Positions 46,194 to 57,357 of a stretch of 64,000 bases of DNA are shown one piece after another (position 1 is the stretch's first letter; every line of letters starts with the position of its first letter). A model generated the notes under the pieces. The model ran no database searches, was not told the origin of the DNA, and saw only the letters and a program-made list of their open reading frames with translations. Made by a program: the position numbers and the translations under genes. Origin of the DNA: Candidatus Methanosuratincola verstraetei (lineage in GTDB: Archaea; Thermoproteota; Methanomethylicia; Methanomethylicales; Methanomethylicaceae); NCBI GenBank assembly GCA_049570475.1, contig CP186953.1, positions 320,001-384,000 on the forward strand, given 5' to 3'.

Positions 46194-47378
46194 TTATAGA
46201 CCCTCATGCATGTCCATATAGAGGTCAAGGAGATCGTCCCTTGAAGGCTTCCTCGGGTTCTTTTCCACGAACCTGTAGTGGTTAGTCAGGAGATCGTCGA
46301 CCATCGACTCGAGTTCTGACTCGTTTATCCCAAGTTCGTCCAGCGTCTGAGGCAAGCCAAGCGTATCCATGATTTCGAAGATCTTCGAGGCGATCTCAAA
46401 CCCAGCCTCTACTGGCGAGGCTCCAGACGCATCGATCCCCATCGCGGAGGCGATGATCCTTGTCTTGGCGGGTATTGCAGGGGCATTGAAGATCGCGACG
46501 TATGGGGCGGCAAGGGATACGGAGGATCCGTGGGGCATCGAGCATTTGGTGGCATATGTGTAAGCAATGCCGTGCGGAAGGCAAAGCCCAGTAGCCTGGA
46601 AGGCCATCCCAGCCAGCAAAGAGGCTGCAGAGAGCCCGGCCCTCGCCTCAAGGTCGCCACCATTGCAGTATGCCCTCTCGAGATAAGCGCATGCCAACCC
46701 GAGGGCTTTTGAGGAGAGGGAGTCGCTTATCGGGTTCGAGTCGACCGACATCATCGACTCAAGAGCGTGGCATAGGGCATCGATTCCCGCTGAGGCTGTC
46801 GCGTCCGGGGTGGCTGTGCAGGAGAGGCGGGGGTCGACGAGAGCGAGGGCAGGATAGAGCGCGTTGTTGAAAAGAGCGCGCTTCACCCCGTTATCGACTA
46901 TGACAGAGATTGGCGTGACCTCGGATCCTGTGCCAGCCAAGGTCGGTATTGTGATTATTGGGGGACCTTTCTTGCTGATCTTCTCCCCCCTGAAGTAGCT
47001 GGCAGGCTCTTTCTCGTTGACGGACAGGGCGGAGGCGAGCTTTGAGAGATCCATTGTGCTCCCGCCGCCGATCCCTACGACTATTTCCGGCTGCGACTTC
47101 CTCACAATGCCTGCAAGCGAGTTAAGGACCTCGATGTCTGGCTCGGCCTCGGCCATGGTGAACTCAGAGAGGTCCGAACCAGCGCAAGAGAAGCATTCCT
47201 TAATGAGAGCATATGCATTGGTCTTGCTGACCCTGGGACCCGACACAAGGAGCGCCTTTTTGAAACTGAACTTCTTCAGTTCTTCAGGAAGGCGCGACAG
47301 CGAGCCTATGCCGAAGACGATTCGGGTCGGGCAGTAAAAAGCGAATGCCCTGTCCAGAAGATCTAAACTGATGCTCAT
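46194..47378 (-). CDS. Iron-containing (group III) alcohol dehydrogenase
   Basis: GGGSTMD, PTLAGTGSE, DALCHALE, H..HG; start trimmed to ATG 47378 outside the IS. Confidence 0.9.
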   Translation of the reverse strand: MSISLDLLDRAFAFYCPTRIVFGIGSLSRLPEELKKFSFKKALLVSGPRVSKTNAYALIKECFSCAGSDLSEFTMAEAEPDIEVLNSLAGIVRKSQPEIVVGIGGGSTMDLSKLASALSVNEKEPASYFRGEKISKKGPPIITIPTLAGTGSEVTPISVIVDNGVKRALFNNALYPALALVDPRLSCTATPDATASAGIDALCHALESMMSVDSNPISDSLSSKALGLACAYLERAYCNGGDLEARAGLSAASLLAGMAFQATGLCLPHGIAYTYATKCSMPHGSSVSLAAPYVAIFNAPAIPAKTRIIASAMGIDASGASPVEAGFEIASKIFEIMDTLGLPQTLDELGINESELESMVDDLLTNHYRFVEKNPRKPSRDDLLDLYMDMHEGL

Positions 47379-47394
47379 ACAAATTTCCCCTGAA

Positions 47395-48534
47395 TCATAG
47401 ACCACAGTCATGTGAACTACCCCACCCTGAAGGGTGAGGGCTTCCTGCTTCAATGATAAGGCTTGCTGGTATCGCTACCAGTAGAGGCTTTATCTCCACA
47501 GGCTCGAAGGGTCGTCCCAACCCCGCTAAACCTCGCTCTAAAATGTTGAGCGAAGCGTTATAGTCACGGTCAAGTTTGCCGTGTATATACTCCCGACTCG
47601 TTCCTCTTGGATTTACCTTCAGAAGCGTTCTACCAGCATTCTCAGCTTTGTAGGACAACATCTGAAGGAATTTACTCCAAGAAGCATCTAATATTTTCTG
47701 AGCTAAGTTATGGTTTCTAACCATGCCCGTTATGTTCAAGTCTTCAACACAAATGACATCGTAATTGTTAACGTAGAACCTTGAAAGTTTATGCAGAAAA
47801 TCATCTCGTTGATTTACAACCTTTTCATAAACTCTTGCAAGCTTAACTCTTGCCTTAGCTCTATTCTTAGACCCTTTCCTCTTTCTTGACAAAGCTCTGT
47901 GTGCTTTTTGCAGTTTTTCAAGAGATCGCCCATAATACTTCGGATTCTCAATCTGCCGACCATCGCTATCAGACAAGAAATGCTTCACGCCCATATCTAA
48001 ACCGATAGCCCTATCGTTCCTATCTAAAGGTATTACTCTGTTTTCACATTGGAAGACCGCAAACCATTTACCAGAAAGCTCACGCTTAACAAACACGCCC
48101 TTGATTTTTCCCTCAATTGGACGGTGCAACTTAATGTTGACTGCCCCAACCTTGGATAGAAACAGTTTCTTTCCTTCAAGTCTGAAACCTGACTGATTAT
48201 AATTCAGCGTTTTGAACCATTGCCCCTTGAATCGAAGTTTACCAATTCGTCGTCCATTCTTTTTCAATGCAGACAAAGCTCGAATATTATTCCATAACTG
48301 ATAGTTGACCATCTGCAAAACTTTAGAATACACTTGTCCAAGCTCTGGCTTCTCCATTTTTAGTTTAACTATGAGAGCTTGCGTGTCTTTCTGAGACAGC
48401 TTTTGCCCTTCAGCCTTAGCCTTGTTTAGTTCTTCAAGCAACCGATTATAGAGCCACCTGCAAAGGTCAAGATGCTGAAACAATATTTTCTCAATCTGCT
48501 TTGACGGATAAAGCCTGAAGCGATAACTAAGCAC
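47395..48534 (-). CDS. tnpB: TnpB RNA-guided endonuclease lacking the Zn-ribbon cysteines
   Basis: YRFRLYP, RWLYN, GLDMG, VEDL, DASW, DRDYNASLNI; stop lies in flanking DNA. Confidence 0.95.
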   Translation of the reverse strand: MLSYRFRLYPSKQIEKILFQHLDLCRWLYNRLLEELNKAKAEGQKLSQKDTQALIVKLKMEKPELGQVYSKVLQMVNYQLWNNIRALSALKKNGRRIGKLRFKGQWFKTLNYNQSGFRLEGKKLFLSKVGAVNIKLHRPIEGKIKGVFVKRELSGKWFAVFQCENRVIPLDRNDRAIGLDMGVKHFLSDSDGRQIENPKYYGRSLEKLQKAHRALSRKRKGSKNRAKARVKLARVYEKVVNQRDDFLHKLSRFYVNNYDVICVEDLNITGMVRNHNLAQKILDASWSKFLQMLSYKAENAGRTLLKVNPRGTSREYIHGKLDRDYNASLNILERGLAGLGRPFEPVEIKPLLVAIPASLIIEAGSPHPSGWGSSHDCGL

Positions 48535-49026
48535 TTTCCTGTTCCTCCACATACTTCTTCAACACGTCAAGGCTAACTTGACCAGTGCTTGCAATGAAGT
48601 AGGAATCTGACCAGAACGAGTTACCCCATAATAGGTTTTGGAGTTGGGGAAACTCTTTTCGCAAAAGCCTTGCAGTCACGCCTTTTAGAGTATTGACAAC
48701 TTTCACGAGGTCAGTGGATGGTTTCGCTTTGAATAGAACATGCACATGGTCTTCGGCAGGTTCTTGAGCTATAATCTCGATGTCAAGTTGCCTTGCCAAG
48801 TTCCAGATGATGTTTTTCAAACGTTCTCTGATGGTTTCGTTACAAAGGACTTTGCGACGATACTTGACAACCAGAACTAAATGATATTGGAGCGAAAAAA
48901 CTGCGTGGGAAGATTTGTCCAACTTATACTTCATTAGGTTACACAAAAATCACTATACCCTAACACCTTATAAGATTTTCGGCTTTCATCCCCAGCCTAA
49001 ACGCTGGGGACTTCCCGCCGACAGAG
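47412..49026 (-). mobile_element. IS200/IS605-family element (tnpA + tnpB)
   Basis: Left-end hairpin CCCCAGC-N6-GCTGGGG (48990-49009) preceded on the minus strand by TTTAA; right-end hairpin CACCCT-N2-AGGGTG ending GTAGTTCAC; lower GC than flanks; exact ends inferred. Confidence 0.9.
48527..48934 (-). CDS. tnpA: IS200-type Y1 (HUH) transposase
   Basis: YHLVLVVKYRR, DHVH, LKG, W..SYF, YVEEQ. Confidence 0.95.
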   Translation of the reverse strand: MKYKLDKSSHAVFSLQYHLVLVVKYRRKVLCNETIRERLKNIIWNLARQLDIEIIAQEPAEDHVHVLFKAKPSTDLVKVVNTLKGVTARLLRKEFPQLQNLLWGNSFWSDSYFIASTGQVSLDVLKKYVEEQESA

Positions 49027-49191
49027 TTAAATATGTATTACAGCCAACAATGGCTGATCTTCTGTCCTGACCGGCCCCCACCCTTGCAGCAGGATGCCCC
49101 TCGCAGGGGCAAAAACAAATGTGGGTTAGATGATCAGACTGGGAAATGAGTGGACAGGACTTGTTTGCCTTGCACTGGCATACCGCTGATT

Positions 49192-49806
49192 TCAGCTCCG
49201 GTTGAATATCCTGTAGGCGAGTGCCACGATAGTGCCCGCAACGAAACCGCCGATATGTGCCCAGTAGGCTATGCCGCTCCCATCTCCCCCGAAGAGGCTG
49301 GAGGTCCCGAAGAAGAGCTGAAGAATGAACCAGAAGCCCAGCATGGCAAAGGCAGGGAGCGTAGTGATGTAAAAACCCAGCAGCGTATGAACCTTGGCCC
49401 TGGGGAAGAGGACCACATACGCCCCCATCACCCCGGAGATCGCCCCAGATGCCCCAACAGTGGGGATTGTGGAGCTGGGATCGACAAGGTAGTTCACATA
49501 GGTAGCCACGAAACCCGTGGCAAGATAGAAGAAAAGGAATTTCACGTGCCCGAACCGGTCCTCGACATTGTCCCCAAATGTCAGGAGAAACCACATGTTG
49601 CCGAAGAGGTGGTCTACCCCTGCGTGCAGGAACATGCATGTAAAGGCAGTCAGAACGGACGGTCGGGCAGGAATGAAACCGTAGGAGTATATTGCCCCCT
49701 CGAAGTCTAACAGGCTAAACGCAAAGGCTATTGCGTTGGCGCCAACGAGAAGGAGCGTGATGTAGGGGAAAGTCCTCCTCTCGACCACGTCTTTTATAGG
49801 AAACAA
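49192..49806 (-). CDS. Rhomboid intramembrane serine protease
   Basis: HLFGNM, GASGA, AHIGG. Confidence 0.93.
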   Translation of the reverse strand: MFPIKDVVERRTFPYITLLLVGANAIAFAFSLLDFEGAIYSYGFIPARPSVLTAFTCMFLHAGVDHLFGNMWFLLTFGDNVEDRFGHVKFLFFYLATGFVATYVNYLVDPSSTIPTVGASGAISGVMGAYVVLFPRAKVHTLLGFYITTLPAFAMLGFWFILQLFFGTSSLFGGDGSGIAYWAHIGGFVAGTIVALAYRIFNRS

Positions 49807-50036
49807 TTAAAGCCTCCCCTAAAATTGTGCGAGACTTTCCGCCCACGCTTTAAGACCATTCAATTGACGGCGTATAAATCATTTGTCTTCTTTGGCGGCC
49901 TCTATGGATAGGATTGGACGGCAGATGGAGGCTTAATTTTCTTCCGAGAATGCTTGTTTCATGGCTAGTGGTGGAATGCTGGCGGAATGAATACTTATTT
50001 TAAGAGCCTGACAGGTTAGGAGTATCGGTGTGACCC

Positions 50037-51140
50037 TTGATAACAAGGGAAAGAGTCTGGGAACTCATCGAAAATTACGAGTTTGGCAGCGAGGGCCCCA
50101 CAGTCGGGACACTTGGCAGCCACTCGGCCCTGGACATTGCTGACGGGGCCAAGGAGCAGGGATTCCGCACCATAGTGGTCTGCCAGAAGGGGAGGGAGCT
50201 GCCGTATAAGACGTACCGGAGGATAGTGGATGAGGCGATCGTGCTCGACAAGTTTTCGGAGATAGCCTCCCGCGGCGTCCAGGAGGAGCTTAGGCGGAGG
50301 AAGACGGTCTTCGTGCCGCACAGGGCATTCTCCACATATGTTCCCTACGACGTAATTGAGGGCGAGTTCCTGGTGCCGCTCTTTGGGAACAGGATGATGC
50401 TGAGGTCGGAAGAGAGGTGGGCACCAAAGAACCAGTATTACCTACTCGAGAGGGCGGGGGTGAGGCAGCCCAGGAAGTTCAAATCGCCGTCCGAAATAGA
50501 CACGCTTGCGATCGTCAAGGTTCAGGAGGCAAAGAGGAAGATAGAGAGGGCCTTCTTCACGGTTACGGATGAGAGGGACTTCTGGAAGAAGGTCGAGGAG
50601 AGGGTCTCGAAGGGAATTATCACGAGGGAGGACGCTGAGAAGGCAGTGATCGAGGAATATGTCGTCGGGACGTACTTCAACTTCAATTACTTCTATTCCC
50701 CGCTGAGCGGGGAGGTGGAGTTCATGGGCATCGACAGGAGGCTGCAGACGAACCTGCACGACTTCGTCTCGCTCCCTGCGAGGCAGCAGCTCGAGATTGA
50801 CCTCCCGCTGCAGAACATTGAGATAGGGCACATGGGAGCCACGATAAGGGAATCGATGCTCGAGAAGGTGCTTGAGAACGGGATACGGTTCGTGAATGCC
50901 ACGAAAGAAGAGTACCCGCCAGGCATAATCGGACCCTTTGCCCTGCAGGGCGCGGTCAACAAGGACCAGGAGATAGTCATATTCGACGTCTCGCCGAGGG
51001 TTCCGGGAAGTCCAGTCATCGGGACGACAAGCCCATATGCAAGGTATCTCTACGGCAGGCCCATGAGCGTGGGTCAGAGGATCGCCCTTGAGATAAGGGA
51101 GGGGCAGGAGACCGGCAGGCTCAAGGAGATCGTGACTTGA
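50037..51140 (+). CDS. purP: PurP-family ATP-grasp formate-dependent ligase
   Basis: GSHSALD, VPHR, FGNR, PPGIIGPF. Confidence 0.88.
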   Translation: MITRERVWELIENYEFGSEGPTVGTLGSHSALDIADGAKEQGFRTIVVCQKGRELPYKTYRRIVDEAIVLDKFSEIASRGVQEELRRRKTVFVPHRAFSTYVPYDVIEGEFLVPLFGNRMMLRSEERWAPKNQYYLLERAGVRQPRKFKSPSEIDTLAIVKVQEAKRKIERAFFTVTDERDFWKKVEERVSKGIITREDAEKAVIEEYVVGTYFNFNYFYSPLSGEVEFMGIDRRLQTNLHDFVSLPARQQLEIDLPLQNIEIGHMGATIRESMLEKVLENGIRFVNATKEEYPPGIIGPFALQGAVNKDQEIVIFDVSPRVPGSPVIGTTSPYARYLYGRPMSVGQRIALEIREGQETGRLKEIVT

Positions 51141-51141
51141 G

Positions 51142-52179
51142 ATGCCACCGACAATCGCGGTAATCGGATCCCATTCAGCCCTCCAGATACTGAAGGGTGC
51201 CAAACAAGAGGGGCTAAGGACCCTGCTGATATGCCTCAATGGCAGGGAGAGGCTCTACGGCCGGTTCAGGCTCGCAGACAGGACAGTCTCAGTTGACAGC
51301 GTGGAGGAAATCCTCGGGGACGGGATCCAGGATCTGCTCGAGGAGGAGGGGGCTGTTTTTGTGCCCCATGGCACATTGATATCAGGCGGGCGACTCGAAG
51401 ACCTGGAGAAGCGCTTCAGGCCGAGGATCTTCGGTAACAGGTTCATATTCAAATGGGAATACGACAGGGATCTAAAGGACAGGCTTTTGAGGGAGGCAGG
51501 GATCAGGACCCCAAAGAAGCTTTGCTCCTACTCAGAAATAGACGGGCCGGCGATCGTAAAGCTACCAGGTGCCGAGGGCGGCAGGGGGTACTTCATTGCA
51601 AAGAGCCCAAAGGACTTTGAGGCGAAGATCAGGCAGCTTAAGGATAAGGGGCTGATCAGGAAGGGGGAGGAGGAGAAGGTCTTCATCCAAGAATACATAA
51701 TAGGGGTGCCCGTTTACCCACACTACTTCTGGTCGGCGGTCGAGGGTAGGCTCGAATTGATGGGGTGCGACAGGAGGTACGAAACGAGCATAGACGCGAT
51801 CGGTAGGATTAGCGCAAAGGACCAGCTAGATCTGGGGATAACCCCCACGTTCAGGGTGATTGGCAACATGCCCCTGGTTCTCAGGGAATCCCTCCTCATG
51901 GATGTCTTCGATGATGGTGAGAAGTTCGTCTCCGCCGCGGAGAGGCTAGTCCCGCCAGGCATGATAGGACCTTTCTGCCTCGAGATGATATGCGACGAGG
52001 AAGGCAAGCTCTACACTTTCGAATTCTCGGGAAGGATAGTCGCAGGCACAAACCTCTTCGTCAGCGGATCACCGTACAGCGACCTTCTCTTTGACGAGCC
52101 TATGAGCATGGGGAGGAGGATCGCGAGGGAGATAAGGGCAGCCTCGGAGCTCGGTGTGATCGAGAAAGTGACCACATAG
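51142..52179 (+). CDS. purP: PurP (FAICAR synthetase) paralog
   Basis: SHSALQI, GGRGYF, DRRYE, RIVAGTN. Confidence 0.88.
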   Translation: MPPTIAVIGSHSALQILKGAKQEGLRTLLICLNGRERLYGRFRLADRTVSVDSVEEILGDGIQDLLEEEGAVFVPHGTLISGGRLEDLEKRFRPRIFGNRFIFKWEYDRDLKDRLLREAGIRTPKKLCSYSEIDGPAIVKLPGAEGGRGYFIAKSPKDFEAKIRQLKDKGLIRKGEEEKVFIQEYIIGVPVYPHYFWSAVEGRLELMGCDRRYETSIDAIGRISAKDQLDLGITPTFRVIGNMPLVLRESLLMDVFDDGEKFVSAAERLVPPGMIGPFCLEMICDEEGKLYTFEFSGRIVAGTNLFVSGSPYSDLLFDEPMSMGRRIAREIRAASELGVIEKVTT

Positions 52180-52188
52180 TGGTTCCAA

Positions 52189-52911
52189 ATGTACCACTTG
52201 AAGTGCGCAAAGGGCGACATTGCCGAAAGGGCGGTCGTATTTGGCGATCCCTGCCGGACAAAGGCATTATCATCTTTCCTCGACCGCCCCAGTCTGGTTA
52301 ACAGGAACCGGTGCCTCCTGACTTACACAGGGGAGTACATGGGCACAAAACTGACGCTTTCGACGACGGGCATGGGTACCCCATCCGCAGCCATCGTCTG
52401 CGAGGAGCTTGCGGCTTTGGGCGCAAAGTGCATAATCAGGGCGGGGACTATGGGAAGCATTTCTGATAAGGTTTCCGTCGGCGATGCAGTGATACCGAAC
52501 AAAGCGATACCATTGGATGGGACAAGTCATGCATATAGAGAGAGGTTCAAACTGGATCGCTTGCCTGTGGCATCGCGCCGAATAGCAGAGCTCCTAAGGT
52601 CGGCAGCCCTTTCGAAATGTGTGATGGCCCACACAGGCACGATCTGCACAAGCGATACGTTTTACCTCGAGGGGGAGGAGGATGCCTCCCATTGGAAGAA
52701 TAAGGGTGTGCTGGGATTCGAGATGGAGTGCTCGGCGATTTTTACGATAGGAGAGATCAGGGGCTACGAGGCAGGGGCCATATTGGCAGTAACGGGAAGC
52801 CCACACGGCAAGCAAAGGGTCCTCGAAGGGGATGAGATCAGCATGGCGATAGAGAGGTGCGCACTGTCGGCAATGGAAGCTGCGGTTTCGGTCGAATTGG
52901 CTCGAAAATAG
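52189..52911 (+). CDS. Nucleoside phosphorylase (PNP/UDP family)
   Basis: GDP.R, GMG.PS, R.GT, SDTFY, EME. Confidence 0.9.
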   Translation: MYHLKCAKGDIAERAVVFGDPCRTKALSSFLDRPSLVNRNRCLLTYTGEYMGTKLTLSTTGMGTPSAAIVCEELAALGAKCIIRAGTMGSISDKVSVGDAVIPNKAIPLDGTSHAYRERFKLDRLPVASRRIAELLRSAALSKCVMAHTGTICTSDTFYLEGEEDASHWKNKGVLGFEMECSAIFTIGEIRGYEAGAILAVTGSPHGKQRVLEGDEISMAIERCALSAMEAAVSVELARK

Positions 52912-53145
52912 TCGAGTGCATGCTGCAATAAAACATTTCTTATGTTGTGGTTTTCATTACCATCTCCGATCATGAAAATTGACTTGTTTATTTAAAAATA
53001 ATGGTTTGGCAAGCTGTTTTGGTTTAGTTGGGCGCTAAACCCTTTTTTAAATAGACGCATCAATTTCCTACACCATGGGGAGCATCGCAACTTGCCTTGA
53101 ACGTTGTAAGAATGCAATAAGTCATGCAGTGCCGAATGTATTTAT

Positions 53146-53407
53146 GCCGCAGTTGAGAACGGAAAGGGCCTGTAGCGGCACCCGACAGGAACAGAAGGGA
53201 AAGGCGAGCCCGAAAGGGTGAGCAAGAACGGAAGGACCTGGAGGGTGCAGCGGACAGGATGCACGATGGGACGAATCCAGGGCGTCTGGATAGAATCGGA
53301 CGCCACGACCGCGGAAAGTCGTTGCATGGGAAGCTCGGGAGGAGGACGCCGGCCATGGCGGCGATTCAAATTCCGGGCATCTCCCTGAAAACGTTCTCAA
53401 CTGCGGT
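53146..53407 (+). ncRNA. Candidate large structured ncRNA, family not recognised
   Basis: Perfect 15-bp closing stem, five or more internal helices, GAAA loops, purine-rich linkers, T-rich 3' tail; GC-rich island in an AT-rich intergenic region. Confidence 0.6.
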
Positions 53408-53444
53408 CTTTATTTTGGGACAATAAATAATTCTAATTCGCAAG

Positions 53445-53867
53445 GTGCGTTGCTTGAGGCACAAGAAGGGTCCTAAATACTTCTATGAGGTAATCCATAA
53501 CATAAGTGAATTGATTGAAAAGATCAATGAAAATTCCTCGCTCGTGCTTGTGGAGGGGGAGAATGACGAAATTGCGCTCAGATTGGCCAAATTGAGAACG
53601 CCAATAGCTACATTCTGCGATTCCAACCTGCCCAGATTCGAGTTTGTGGACAGGATCGCACGAGACTATGCCGATTCGAGCGTGGTAATCCTCTTCGACT
53701 ACGACATGGAAGGGAGCAACGCAGCCAAGCGGATGACGGTAGAGCTTGAAGAAAAAGGGGTCAGGGTGGAGAGGGGCCTGAGGAAAAAGCTAGGCGAGAT
53801 CTTGGCCAAGGAGGGGATCAGAAGGATCGAGGAGATCCCATCGATCCTTTCGAAGGCCGAATTCTAG
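53445..53867 (+). CDS. Stand-alone TOPRIM-domain protein (RNase M5/UPF0292-like)
   Basis: LVEGEND, ILFDYD.EG. Confidence 0.85.
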   Translation: MRCLRHKKGPKYFYEVIHNISELIEKINENSSLVLVEGENDEIALRLAKLRTPIATFCDSNLPRFEFVDRIARDYADSSVVILFDYDMEGSNAAKRMTVELEEKGVRVERGLRKKLGEILAKEGIRRIEEIPSILSKAEF

Positions 53868-53911
53868 AACACGGTTTTTTAATAGGCCCGAACGAAATAG
53901 GATTTTGGAGA

Positions 53912-54490
53912 TTGCCGATGCAGATCGGATTCGAGCCAAAAATCGTGTTCCTGTGCCCACTGTGCCAAAAGGATGTGGAGATGGTCTACAGCAGGTCAGA
54001 AGGATGGTCGGCAGATCACGGAGGATGCCTCAATTTCTCGGTGATCAGGAAAACGCCGACTATTGGGGACAAGGAGTTCAGGACGCCTTTGGTATTCATA
54101 GATCTAGAGTCGGATTTTGCAATAAGGGAAGCGATAGATGGCCTCAGAGCATTGGCGGCCGATGAGGCGGACTCTACCAAAAGGACAAAGATCGAAGCAG
54201 GGATCAGGAGGCTGGAGTCCAAGATAGGCTTTGCTGAAAAGAAGATTCAAGAGTTGCTCGAGGCGATAAAGGGGGGGACTTATGGGCTGAGGATAGTATC
54301 AGGGAGATCGGTGGGCGCGCTGGTCTGGAGAGGCGAAGAAAAATTCTTTGGGATATCCTATGGAAATGCGCAGAATGAAGAATTTGGGCTGATGATCACA
54401 TCCCAAGAGGATGAGGCAAAAGGCTTCATTCTCAAATGGATTCATTACTGGGACGGGGCAAAGCTTGTTGGGAAAAAGATGTTCCCCTAG
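53912..54490 (+). CDS. Hypothetical protein
   Basis: CPLC..H..C and a coiled coil; no family recognised. Confidence 0.6.
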   Translation: MPMQIGFEPKIVFLCPLCQKDVEMVYSRSEGWSADHGGCLNFSVIRKTPTIGDKEFRTPLVFIDLESDFAIREAIDGLRALAADEADSTKRTKIEAGIRRLESKIGFAEKKIQELLEAIKGGTYGLRIVSGRSVGALVWRGEEKFFGISYGNAQNEEFGLMITSQEDEAKGFILKWIHYWDGAKLVGKKMFP

Positions 54491-54574
54491 TTTGAGCTCA
54501 GATTTGGAATAGAAAAATAAAAAAAAGACCCCGATCGTGCTTTAAAGAAATAAAAAAGAAAGAAGGATTGCCGA

Positions 54575-55075
54575 ATGGAGAAATTCACTGTCAGGGAGTT
54601 TAGGCCCGAAGACCTTGAATCGGTCATTACGATAAACAAGGTCTGCCTGCCTGAAAATTATTCCCCGGATTTTTTCATGGAGCATCATTGGGAGAACCCA
54701 AAGATCTTCCTGGTGGCCCAAGTGGGAGACAAAGTCGTAGGGTACAACATGTGCAGGATCGAATTTGGCATCTCGAACATAAAGAGGGATTTTGCAAAGA
54801 AGGGGCATGTGATTTCAATTGCAGTCTTGGAAGATTACAGGGGGATGGGGATCGGCCAGAGACTGATGGAGGAGGGGATGAAGAACGTCAGGGAGTCTGG
54901 CGCGTCAGAGATTTACCTCGAGGTGAGGCAGAGCAACCTACCGGCAATCCAGCTGTACAGGAAGTTAGGCTTCAGGGCCGTCCGGGTCCTAGAAGGGTAC
55001 TACAGGGACGGTGAGAATGCCTATCTGATGGTGGCTAACTTGGAAGAAAAAACCCGCTTTGGGGACGGTTCATGA
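54575..55075 (+). CDS. Ard1/RimI-type N-alpha-acetyltransferase
   Basis: CLPENY, GHVISIAV, RGMGIG, LEVR.SN, YY.DGE.AY. Confidence 0.93.
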   Translation: MEKFTVREFRPEDLESVITINKVCLPENYSPDFFMEHHWENPKIFLVAQVGDKVVGYNMCRIEFGISNIKRDFAKKGHVISIAVLEDYRGMGIGQRLMEEGMKNVRESGASEIYLEVRQSNLPAIQLYRKLGFRAVRVLEGYYRDGENAYLMVANLEEKTRFGDGS

Positions 55076-55270
55076 GTCGGCGGCAGATCTCCGAAACTTC
55101 TGATAGGCAGTATAGCCGATAAGGATTACAGTCGGCAAGTAGAAAATGCAGGATTCGAAGAAGGTTTCAAAAATAGGCGTGCCGTTAAGACGCATGTAGG
55201 CGAGGCACAGAGATACGGTCAACATAGCAATGGATGCAATAAGTGAGCTTCTGAAGTCGTCGATTTCCAT
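55070..55270 (-). CDS. Small 2-TM hypothetical protein
   Basis: Hydrophobic ORF with an upstream TTTATA-like box. Confidence 0.45.
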   Translation of the reverse strand: MEIDDFRSSLIASIAMLTVSLCLAYMRLNGTPIFETFFESCIFYLPTVILIGYTAYQKFRRSAADS

Positions 55271-55398
55271 ATGCACGTGAGATCATACGCGATATAAAAG
55301 TTAAGCGGCAGTTGCTGTGGGGATTAGAACGAAATTTATATATAGAAGTGCTTTCTGTTTTTTCAGACGTAACATTTTGTGGGCTAGGTGTATGAACC

Positions 55399-57053
<1,655 letters not shown>

Positions 57054-57057
<4 letters not shown>

Positions 57058-57311
57058 TGAGCCAGGAAACAAAACAGATACTCGGTCCAGCAACGCTGAC
57101 AAGGTTCGAGAAGGCCCGGATATTAGGAGCCCGGGCCCTCCAGCTTTCAATGGGTGCTCCTCCGCTGATAGCCTCAAGCGCAACAACGCCAATAGACATA
57201 GCCGAGGAGGAGCTGAAGGCAGGCGTCCTCCCGATAACGATAAGGAGGAGGCTCCCTGACGGACGGCACCAAGACATCCCATTGAAGTGGCTGGTAAAGA
57301 AAACCCAGTAA
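57054..57311 (+). CDS. rpoK: RNA polymerase subunit Rpo6 (K)
   Basis: [22 protein letters not shown]. Confidence 0.95.
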
Positions 57312-57357
57312 TCTTTTTTTATTTTATTTCATTTTATTACGCTTTGCATAGTTTTTG

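Noticed and set aside
49143-49193. Possible C/D sRNA (GAAATGAG...CTGATTTC)
   Set aside because: Poor C box, no internal boxes, and no rRNA-complementary guide recognised.
48986-49710. ORFs 48986..49639 (-) and 49150..49710 (+)
   Set aside because: Alternative-frame or antisense shadows of the rhomboid gene.
53060-53400. Three minus-strand ORFs over the structured region
   Set aside because: Pro/Arg/Ser-rich translations typical of GC-rich non-coding sequence.
53146-53407. Firm call as RNase P RNA or SRP RNA
   Set aside because: The GAGGAAnnUCC / AACAnAAnnnGnnUA P4 pairing and the SRP helix-8 motif were not found on either strand; kept as an unknown ncRNA.
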